Shown here piece by piece: positions 18,275 through 26,306 of a DNA stretch of 64,000 nucleotides. The notes below the pieces were generated by a model. That model was not told the DNA's origin. It worked only from the letters and a program-made list of their open reading frames with translations, and searched no databases. The DNA is from Planctomycetota bacterium (GTDB lineage: Bacteria; Planctomycetota; Planctomycetia; Pirellulales; Lacipirellulaceae). Both the position numbers and the translations under genes were made by a program. The first letter of the stretch is position 1. Each line of letters opens with the position of its first letter. Location: NCBI GenBank assembly GCA_039190745.1, contig JBCCXZ010000011.1, forward strand, positions 1 through 64,000, given 5' to 3'.

Positions 18275-18316
18275 CCCGGACATTACCCATAGTAATGTCC
18301 GGGCTGCGGGGGTCAA
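18275..18316 (-). promoter_or_regulatory. Sigma70-like promoter overlapped by a 12-bp perfect inverted repeat (operator candidate)
   Basis: TTGACC(18316-18311)-16 nt-TACTAT(18294-18289). Palindrome CCCGGACATTAC-CCATA-GTAATGTCCGGG at 18275-18303. Confidence 0.5.
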
Positions 18317-18488
18317 GCTGTTTTCTGGGGTAATCGCGGTTGTAGTGCCGCAAGACGGCTTGGAATGGCTAACCCAGGAATGTTGTCTTGGCATGGATAA
18401 CCTGTTTCCATGCCTGAGATTCCGTCCTTTGCACGCTGTGAAGTAACTGAGCGTGCAGTCCGGTACTGAATCAGAAAACGCTCTCTTC

Positions 18489-19611
18489 CTACTCCGCTTT
18501 ACCTGCTAGCGGCTGCCCCGCCCGCCACCGCAGCGTCGAATCCAAAAACCCCTGGATGTCGCCGTCGAGCACCGCATGAAAATTGCCCATCTGGTACTTC
18601 GTGCGGGCGTCTTTCACGCGTTGGTCGGGGTGGAGGAAGTAGTTGCGGATCTGCGAGCCGAAGCCGGTTTTGGCCTGTTGCTGGTACTTGGCGGCCTCCT
18701 CCTGCTCGCGTTTCTCTTCCTCGAAGCGGGCCAGGCGGGAGCGGAGCATCTTCCAGGCGGTGGCGCGGTTCTTGTGCTGGCTGCGTTCGTTCTGGCACTG
18801 CACGACAATGCCGGTCGGCTCGTGCGTGAGGCGGATGGCGCTGTCGGTCTTGTTGACGTGCTGGCCGCCGGCTCCGCTGGCGCGGTAGGTATCGACGCGG
18901 ACGTCGGACTCGTTGATGTCGACCTCGACCGTGTCGGAGATCTCCGGCGAGACGTCCACCGCGGCGAAGCTGGTTTGGCGTTTGCCTTCGCTGTTAAACG
19001 GGCTGATGCGCACCAATCGGTGGATGCCGGTTTCGCCCTTGAGGTAGCCGTAGGCCATGGGGCCGCGGACGGCGATGGTGGCGTTGTTGATGCCGGCCTC
19101 TTCGTTGTCCTGGCGGTCGACGAGCTCGGAGCCGTAGTCGTTCTTCTGGGCCCACTGGAGGTACATGCGGAGGAGCATCTCGGCCCAGTCGTTGGCGTCG
19201 GTGCCGCCGTCGCGGGCGTTGATGGTGATGATCGCCCCCGAGGCGTCGTGCGGGCCGTTGAGCAAGGCTTGGAGCTTCAGCTCTTCGATGAGCACCTCGA
19301 GCCGGGCCACTTCGGCGGGGACCTCCTCGGCGAAGGAGTCGTCCTCGTCGCTCATCTCGATCATCGCGTCGAGGTCGTCGGAGGCGGCGGTCGCCTCGTT
19401 GAGGGGCTCGACGACGGAGGTAAGGCCCTTACGCTCGGCGACGGTTTCCTGGGCCTGGGCCTGGTCGTCCCAGAAGCCGGGGGCGGCCATCAGGGCGTCG
19501 ATGGCGGTGATGCGTTCCGCTTTGGCGGGGCAGTCAAAGAGAGTCCCGCAACTGGAGGATCGCCGTGCGGATGGCGGCGGCGCGGTCGATCCATTCTTTT
19601 TCCAGCGGCAT
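18489..19611 (-). CDS. prfB: Peptide chain release factor 2 with programmed +1 frameshift
   Basis: SPF and GGQ motifs. Upstream frame MPLEKEWIDRAAAIRTAILQLRDSL ends at CTT-TGA-C (19539-19533) and joins the main ORF in +1. Confidence 0.95.
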
Positions 19612-19831
19612 GGTCGGGACTCCTGTGCGGTTGCGAAACTGCCAGTGTAACGGTCGGTCAGGCGGGGGCGAAGGCGGTATAGTGGATGCTCATTCAGGAA
19701 CAGGAGATGAGGTGATGGGAGGGGATGTTGGTGATGGCGTTCTATGCGGATGCTTTCAGTTATCTCCCGTATCTCCCCGCATCCCCATCATCTCCTTCAA
19801 CGCAATCGACTGAACGAGGGTTGAGCGGCGT

Positions 19832-20935
19832 ATGGCGCGTGTGGTTTTGGCAATGTCCGGCGGGGTGGATTCGAGCGTCGCGGCGCACCTGCTCTCCGAG
19901 CAGGGGCACGACGTCGTGGGGGTGTTCATGCGCCACGGGCAGCAGTCGCCGGTGGCCTGTGAGGCGGACGGCGGCCTGCCGATCGTCAATCGACTCGACC
20001 ACAAGCAGGGGTGCTGCACCGCGGCCGACGCGGAGGACGCCAGGCGGGTGGCCGACCGGCTGGGCATCCCGTTCTACGCGCTGAACCTCGACGAAGAGTT
20101 CGGCCAGATCATCGACTACTTCGTCGACGAGTACGCGGCGGGGCGGACGCCGAACCCGTGCGTGCAGTGCAACAACTGGATCAAGTTCGGCAAGCTGTTC
20201 GACTACGCCGATGCGGTGGGGGCGGAGTTTGTGGCGACCGGCCACTACGCGCAGCTGGAGCCGCAACCGGCGGGGCTCCCTGCCCTGCTCCGCGGGCGCG
20301 ACGCGCGGAAGGACCAGTCGTACGTGCTGTTCGGCATCCGTCGGGAGCTGCTCGCTCGGATGATGTTGCCGGTGGGCGGGTACGAGAAGCCGGCGATCCG
20401 TGAGATCGCCGCCGGGCTGGGCCTGAACGTCGCGGAGAAGAAAGACAGCCAGGAGATCTGCTTTGTTACGCAGGGGCGCTACGACGAGTTTGTGCGCGAC
20501 CGTCGCGGCGGGGAGTCGGCCGAGGGCGAGTTGGTCACCACCGGCGGCGAGGTTATTGGAAAGCACTCGGGGATCGAAGGCTTTACGGTCGGCCAACGCA
20601 AAGGCTTGGGCGTGGCGCTGGGCGAGCCGAAGTTCGTGGTGCGGATCGAGCCGGAGACGCGGCGGGTCGTGCTGGGCGACCGGAAAGACCTGATGGGCGG
20701 TTCGCTGACGGCCTCGGGGGCGAACTGGTTGGTCGACCCCGAGCACTTGCCCGGGCGGTGCTCGGCGCAGATCCGCTACAACAGCCCGCCGGCGCCGGCG
20801 ACGCTTGAGTTGCTCGACGACGGGCGGTTTCGGGTGGCGTTCGACGAGCCGCAGTTCGGCGTGGCGCCGGGGCAGGCGGCGGTCTGCTACGACGGCCAGC
20901 GGACGCTGGGGGGCGGGTGGATCGAGTCGCCCTAG
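19832..20935 (+). CDS. mnmA: tRNA 2-thiouridine(34) synthase
   Basis: AMSGGVDSS, GRTPNPC..CN, ATGHYA, KDQSY, DSQEICF and TVGQRKG motifs. Confidence 0.95.
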   Translation: MARVVLAMSGGVDSSVAAHLLSEQGHDVVGVFMRHGQQSPVACEADGGLPIVNRLDHKQGCCTAADAEDARRVADRLGIPFYALNLDEEFGQIIDYFVDEYAAGRTPNPCVQCNNWIKFGKLFDYADAVGAEFVATGHYAQLEPQPAGLPALLRGRDARKDQSYVLFGIRRELLARMMLPVGGYEKPAIREIAAGLGLNVAEKKDSQEICFVTQGRYDEFVRDRRGGESAEGELVTTGGEVIGKHSGIEGFTVGQRKGLGVALGEPKFVVRIEPETRRVVLGDRKDLMGGSLTASGANWLVDPEHLPGRCSAQIRYNSPPAPATLELLDDGRFRVAFDEPQFGVAPGQAAVCYDGQRTLGGGWIESP

Positions 20936-21912
20936 CCCTGGTATTGGCTGTAGGGGTTCGGCGCCGCTTCTTCTGTGGGTTGGACGGGCTCGATCGAGGC
21001 GGCGAAGCGGCTGGCGGCGATGCCGACCACGGCTCCGATCAGCGCGAGACACACGACAGCTCGCACGGACTCCGCAGCGCGCGTCGGGATCTTGGCGGGC
21101 AGTGCCGTAGTTCCCAGGGTGAGCGCGGTGAGCAGCACCGTGGCAGAGGCGATGCCCATGGCGTCGTCGGTGAAGAGGACGGCCATCAGAAGCAGGCCGC
21201 AGAAGCCTGCGAGGATCGGTCCGGCGGCCGAGCCGGGGCCGCCGGCGGTGCGCGTGGCGAGCATCGCGACCCCGGTCCCGCCGAGCGTGGCGGCGAGGGC
21301 GCCGAGGAGTTGGGCGTAGAACAGCGATCCGGAAAGCGCGAGTGTTGCGCCGGCGCCCCCGGCTGCGGCCGCGGCCAAGCCCGCTAGGATCCAGGCGTGC
21401 GGGCGGCTGCGGGACGAAGCCATCATCTGCCACAGGCAGAGGCCGATCGCGATCAGCACCGCGCACGCGACGGCAATGCCAGTCCAGCTCCAGGGGGTTT
21501 CGCTCAGGCCGGCCCGGACGAGCTCCGAAGTCGGGTAGTCGCGGTGGAGGCTGAGCATCCGCCAGGCGAGCGCACCGCACACCGCGGCCCGGCCCAACCA
21601 CGTGCCAACTCGCTTCTTGCCGTCGAGCGGGACCACGTCGATGAACGCGAATGCGAGCACGGCCAGCGGCAACCAGTCGCGTGCCTGGTGGGGGCGGAAG
21701 CTCTTGGCGACGGCCTCTTGGAGTCCGGGGCCGGCCGCCTCGAGCGCCCAGTGCCCGGCGGCGTACCCGCAGACGACGGACGCCGCCCAAGCGAGGGCGC
21801 CCGCTCGCTCCGCCGGCACGCGCGACGCGCACCAGCGGACGCAGGCGAAGACAACCGCCGCCACGGCCGCCGGCGCTAGGACGCCGCGGAGGATGTCTTC
21901 GAATCCGATCAC
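20932..21912 (-). CDS. Multi-pass membrane protein of unknown function
   Basis: Many hydrophobic segments. Convergent 4-bp overlap with mnmA. Confidence 0.65.
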   Translation of the reverse strand: MIGFEDILRGVLAPAAVAAVVFACVRWCASRVPAERAGALAWAASVVCGYAAGHWALEAAGPGLQEAVAKSFRPHQARDWLPLAVLAFAFIDVVPLDGKKRVGTWLGRAAVCGALAWRMLSLHRDYPTSELVRAGLSETPWSWTGIAVACAVLIAIGLCLWQMMASSRSRPHAWILAGLAAAAAGGAGATLALSGSLFYAQLLGALAATLGGTGVAMLATRTAGGPGSAAGPILAGFCGLLLMAVLFTDDAMGIASATVLLTALTLGTTALPAKIPTRAAESVRAVVCLALIGAVVGIAASRFAASIEPVQPTEEAAPNPYSQYQG

Positions 21913-21939
21913 AGCAGGGTTGAACCTCGGATTGTTTCA

Positions 21940-22029
21940 CACTGCTGGACAAGCCAGCAGTGCCACCCATCGCTACGGCGGTCGTGTCGACTGCGGGACT
22001 CATGCCCACGCGAGCGTGGGCATGCCACC
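21940..22029 (-). repeat. Two tandem GGTGG-headed palindromes (second REP-like class)
   Basis: CACTGCTGG-ACAAG-CCAGCAGTG-CCACC (21940-21967) and CATGCCCACGC-GA-GCGTGGGCATG-CCACC (22001-22029). Confidence 0.65.
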
Positions 22030-22039
22030 GTTTAGTCGC

Positions 22040-22654
22040 CTACCGGTTGGCGCTGCCGCTGCCCTGGGGCTGGCCCTGGCGGATGCCCTCGAAGCTGATG
22101 GTGATCGCTACGGTGTCGCCGATGTTGGGAACCATGGTCGTCATGCCGTAGTCGCTGCGCTTGAGTCGGAAGTCGCAGAAGAAGCCAGTGCGGTAGTTGC
22201 CGTAGGGGCCGTTGCCTTCGCCGAGTTTCTTGAGCGGCAGGGTGATCTGCTGGGTCTTGCCGTGCATGGTGAAGTTGCCGGTGACGTTGTAGACGGGCCC
22301 GCCTTCGCCTTGCGTGACCTCGATGGCGGTGCTCTGGAAGCTGACGGTGGGGAACTGGTTGACGTTGAAGAAGTCGGGGCCCCGGAGGTGCTCGTCGCGT
22401 TTGGCGTCGTTGGTGTCGACGCTGGCGGCGTCGATGGTGAGCTGGAAGTTGCTGGCGGCCGGGTTGGCGGCGTCGATCACGAAGCTTCCGCTGAGCTTGT
22501 TGAAGCGGCCGTAGGTGTAGCTGTACCCGAGGTGGCTGATGCCGAAGATGATCGAGGTGTGCGAGGCGTCGACGACGTAGTTGTCGGCGGCGGCCCGGGC
22601 GGCGGGTGCAAGAGTGGCGGCGGCGACGATCAGTGTGGTCAGGGTGCGTTGCAT
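22040..22654 (-). CDS. YceI family (lipid/polyisoprenoid-binding) secreted protein
   Basis: Signal peptide, YVVDASHTSIIF..SHLG..GRF, SVDT...RDEHLR..DFF and LKRSDYGM motifs. Confidence 0.9.
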   Translation of the reverse strand: MQRTLTTLIVAAATLAPAARAAADNYVVDASHTSIIFGISHLGYSYTYGRFNKLSGSFVIDAANPAASNFQLTIDAASVDTNDAKRDEHLRGPDFFNVNQFPTVSFQSTAIEVTQGEGGPVYNVTGNFTMHGKTQQITLPLKKLGEGNGPYGNYRTGFFCDFRLKRSDYGMTTMVPNIGDTVAITISFEGIRQGQPQGSGSANR

Positions 22655-23007
22655 CGGGTTAGCTCCTTCGGTTTGCGGGGTCCTGTCGGGGGTCGGCGGG
22701 CTGTTCTCCGGCGGGTCGGTCCGGCAGCCTCTTCGGGCCCATCGTTGTATATGGCCCCAAGTCGGCCGTCTGTGCGACGAACTACGCAGCGAGGGGCCCA
22801 TTGGTTCTGAGCTTACGGCATGTGGCCAGGGTCAGTAACCCACCCGACCGGGGCGGAGACCGCTACTTTCGGCGGAGCGGATGGCTTAGAATTCGGTAAT
22901 CGCAACCTGCGGGGCGCGGCCCCCGTGCTGCCCGTTGTGGATGGATGATTGCCGGCGCTGCTGTCGCCAGACGCTCGGCGTCGGCAAACCACCTGAGGAA
23001 TAACTCT

Positions 23008-23967
23008 GTGAATTTCACGCCGATTCTGTGGATCGTGGGCGGCCTGTTCGGCTTCGCGGTCCTGCTGTTGCTGTTTTTCTTGCTCAAGGACCTGAACCTG
23101 TGGTTCAAGGCCTACGTCTCGAACGCCCGGGTGGGGTTGTTCAGCCCGATGTTTATGCGGCTGAAGCAGGTGAACCCGCAGGTGATTGTGGACGCGAAGA
23201 TTATGGCGATGCAGGCGGGCGTGGGGACCGACCCGACGACGGGGATTACCACCCGGCGGTTGGAGGCGCACTACCTCGCGGGCGGCGACGTGCCGCGGGT
23301 GCTCGCGGCGATTGTGGCGGCGCACCGGGCGGACATCGACCTCGACTTCGACCGGGCGGCGGCGATCGACCTGGCCGGGCGTGACGTGAAGGACGCGGTC
23401 GACACGAGCGTGTACCCGAAAGTGATCGACTGCCCCGACCCCGAGCGGTCTTCGAAGAACACGCTCAGCGCCGTAGCGAAGAACGGCGTGGAGCTGCGGA
23501 TCCGCGCCCGCGTGACCGTTCGGACCAACCTTTCGCAGCTGATCGGCGGGGCGACGGAGGAGACGATCATCGCCCGCGTGGGCGAGGGGATCATCACCTC
23601 GATCGGGTCGGCGGCCGATCACTTGGCCGTAATGGAGAACCCGGACCGGATCTCGCGGGCGGTGCTCGACCGGGGGCTGGACGCCCACACAGCGTTCGAG
23701 ATCGTCTCGATCGACATCGCTGACATCGACATCGGCGAGAACATCGGCGCTCGGCTGCAAGCCGATCAGGCTGAGGCCGACACCCGCAAGGCGCAAGCAT
23801 TGGCGGAGCAGCGGCGGGCCGACGCGGTGGCCCAGGAGCAGGAGATGAAAGCGCGGGTGGCGGAGAACCGGGCCCACGTGGTGCTCGCCCAGGCCGAGGT
23901 GCCGATGGCGATGGCGACCGCGTTCCGGGAAGGCAACCTCGATTCCTCGCGCAACGGTCAGGGTTGA
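23008..23967 (+). CDS. floA: Flotillin-like protein FloA (YqfA/UPF0365)
   Basis: [35 protein letters not shown] and [14 protein letters not shown] motifs, plus an N-terminal TM helix. Confidence 0.9.
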   Translation: MNFTPILWIVGGLFGFAVLLLLFFLLKDLNLWFKAYVSNARVGLFSPMFMRLKQVNPQVIVDAKIMAMQAGVGTDPTTGITTRRLEAHYLAGGDVPRVLAAIVAAHRADIDLDFDRAAAIDLAGRDVKDAVDTSVYPKVIDCPDPERSSKNTLSAVAKNGVELRIRARVTVRTNLSQLIGGATEETIIARVGEGIITSIGSAADHLAVMENPDRISRAVLDRGLDAHTAFEIVSIDIADIDIGENIGARLQADQAEADTRKAQALAEQRRADAVAQEQEMKARVAENRAHVVLAQAEVPMAMATAFREGNLDSSRNGQG

Positions 23968-23986
23968 GCGTCAGGCGACTGATAGA

Positions 23987-24547
23987 TCACTCGGTTTCGA
24001 GCGGTATCTCTGTTGCCAGGGCGTACTCGAACCAGATTTCTTCGTAGCTCTTCTCCGGCTGGGAGTCGAGCTGCCACGCGCCCTGGCGGAAGACCAGTTC
24101 GTGCCGGGTCTTTTCTTTCTGCGTGACGGGCAAGGCACGCACATTGCCCGCGGGGCCCGCATCGTCTGGGTCGGGCTCGCGCTCCTGCTCGTCGGCCCCG
24201 CCGCCCGGGGAGCCGACCCCTCCGCGGTATAGCGTGTCGGTGACGATCGTGATGACCGCCCGCGGTTCGTCGGCGCCGGCCCCGGCGGAGACAAACTCGT
24301 AGGAGAGGTCGCTGCGCGTCTTGAGCCCTTCGGCTCCGCTGGGCCGGAACTCCGACAGCGCGCGTTCAAGCCGTTGGACGACCATCTTCAGGCGGTCTTC
24401 GGGTTTTGGCGGAGGCTTGGGTTTGGCCGTCGCGGCTCCGACCGGGCCGGCGGTGTCGCACGCGGCGGTGCAGGCGAGCAAGAGAGCAGCGCAGGCCGCT
24501 GCTGCCCCGCGGAGTCGCTGGCGCAGGAGGGGGTGGGGAGGTTGCAT
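23987..24547 (-). CDS. Putative lipoprotein
   Basis: Basic N-terminus, hydrophobic stretch and lipobox-like TAAC. Confidence 0.55.
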   Translation of the reverse strand: MQPPHPLLRQRLRGAAAACAALLLACTAACDTAGPVGAATAKPKPPPKPEDRLKMVVQRLERALSEFRPSGAEGLKTRSDLSYEFVSAGAGADEPRAVITIVTDTLYRGGVGSPGGGADEQEREPDPDDAGPAGNVRALPVTQKEKTRHELVFRQGAWQLDSQPEKSYEEIWFEYALATEIPLETE

Positions 24548-24659
24548 GGGCGGGCTCCGGCGGTTCTCCGAGTGCGAGTCGCACGCAAGTGTAGCGTCTG
24601 CGGCGGAGTGATTGCCGTTGGGCTCGGAGAAAAACCGCTACGCTTGAGCGAGGGCGGCT

Positions 24660-26150
24660 CTAGAAGCCGTCGAAGGGGTCTTCCGGCTCTTCGGTTTCTT
24701 CGGTCGACGGCTCGGGCTCGCCGGTGTCCTCGGTCGCGGCGTCGCCGAACGGGTCGTCGCTGCCGAACGGGTCGTCTTCGGCCGATCCGAAGGGGTCGTC
24801 GTCGGCGGGCATCGATTCCGCGGCGGCCTCTCCGTCGGCGGGCGCGCCGAACGGGTCGTCTTCGACCATTGCCGGCTCTTCGAAGGCTCCGAAGGGGTCG
24901 TCGTCCATCGGGTCGGCTTCGGCGGTCGATTCGTCGCTGGGCGGGCCGAAGTCGAACGGAGACTCTTCGGAGGGCGCCATAGGCTGGGCGGCGCCGGGCA
25001 GCGGCTGGACGCCGGGCAGTTGCGGGACGGACAGGCCCGACAGCGGCGAGGCGCGGCCGATCACGCGGCCGAGGACGCCCAGCAGCTTTTGGGGCGCGAC
25101 TTTGGATTGCTCGTCGAGCGGCCCCGCGGGGTCGGGCGACTGTGAAGCGGCTGGGTCGGCGGCGGACGCGTCGGGCGTCCCGAACAGGTCGTCGTCGAAG
25201 GCCGATGGCTCTTCGGTCTCGCGTAGGGGTTCGCCGAAGAGGTCGGTCTCTTCCGGCTCTGCCGGCTCGGGCTCGTCTGCGGAGCCGAAGGGGTCGGCGT
25301 CGGCCGGCTGGGTCGGGGCCGGTTCGGGGTCGGCGCCGAATGGATCGGCTTCCGCGGGCTCGCCGCCGAACGGGTCTTCCTCCATCACAGGCTGCGGGTC
25401 GGCGGGTTCGGGCTCGCCGAAGAGGTCGTCGAAGCCTTCGCCGTCCTGTGCGGGTTCTGCCTCTGCGGGCTCGGGCTGTGCGAGTTCGGGCCGTACCGGT
25501 GCGGGTTCGCCGAAGAGACCAACGGCTTCTTCGGCGGCTTGGCCGGGCGGGTCTGGCTGTGCGGCGGGGAGGGCTTCGGCAGGCGGCGGCGCGAGCGCGG
25601 GAGTCGAGCCGAGCACTCGCTCGGCGGCTTCGCTTTCGGTGCCGAGCAGGTTGTCTAGCGGGACGCTCTGCGGCGAGCGGAGGATGACCGACTCGCGGTC
25701 CTCAAGCCCCTCGTAGCGTGCCCGCGAACGCCGGGAGCGTTCGGCCGCCAGCGCAACCCGGGCGGCGCGGCGATGCTTTTCGAGCGTCTGCCGGTCGTAC
25801 CCCTGCACGCGCTGCAGGGCCTGGCTTACCGAGAGCTGTTGGCCGGGGTTCATCGCCTCGAGGGCGGCTCCGACTTTCATGTCCATCTCGGCTTCCATGC
25901 TTCGGCCGAGGCGGAGCCGAGCCATCGCACGGAAGTAGTAGGCGCGTGGGTCGCGGTCGACGGACTCGATCACCTGGGTGAGCACGGCGTCGGCCCGGTG
26001 GTAGCTGCCCGCGTAGAAGTTGTGGACGCCGGCGCCGTAGGACGCTGCAACGCCCGATTGGGGTTGGGCGGCACGGGCCTCGGGCCAAGCGGTCGCGAGG
26101 CCGGTGAGTGCGACCGCGGCCGCCAAGACACACACGCGTGTGGAAGCCAT
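24660..26150 (-). CDS. Secreted protein with an N-terminal TPR-like region and an acidic DPF/DLF repeat tail
   Basis: Signal peptide, DPRAYYFRAMA..LG TPR-like segment, nine DPF and three DLFG motifs in a D/E/P/A-rich tail. Confidence 0.8.
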   Translation of the reverse strand: MASTRVCVLAAAVALTGLATAWPEARAAQPQSGVAASYGAGVHNFYAGSYHRADAVLTQVIESVDRDPRAYYFRAMARLRLGRSMEAEMDMKVGAALEAMNPGQQLSVSQALQRVQGYDRQTLEKHRRAARVALAAERSRRSRARYEGLEDRESVILRSPQSVPLDNLLGTESEAAERVLGSTPALAPPPAEALPAAQPDPPGQAAEEAVGLFGEPAPVRPELAQPEPAEAEPAQDGEGFDDLFGEPEPADPQPVMEEDPFGGEPAEADPFGADPEPAPTQPADADPFGSADEPEPAEPEETDLFGEPLRETEEPSAFDDDLFGTPDASAADPAASQSPDPAGPLDEQSKVAPQKLLGVLGRVIGRASPLSGLSVPQLPGVQPLPGAAQPMAPSEESPFDFGPPSDESTAEADPMDDDPFGAFEEPAMVEDDPFGAPADGEAAAESMPADDDPFGSAEDDPFGSDDPFGDAATEDTGEPEPSTEETEEPEDPFDGF

Positions 26151-26306
26151 GCGGGGAAACTCCTGAACTGATCGTGCTCGGCGAACGGTGGGCGGCGCGA
26201 ACGACGGGCGGCGAATGGGCGGAGGCGCCCCGGGCCGTTCAGCGGTCGGCGTAAACTTTCATACTAGTCCGGCCGGCGGGGGGCCACAACAAATTCAGCC
26301 GTTCCG

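Noticed and set aside
19702..19796. Imperfect inverted repeat (AGGAGATGA...TCATCTCCT) between prfB and mnmA
   Set aside because: Pairing is loose and there is only one copy in the window. It may be a degenerate intergenic repeat, but I cannot support a function.
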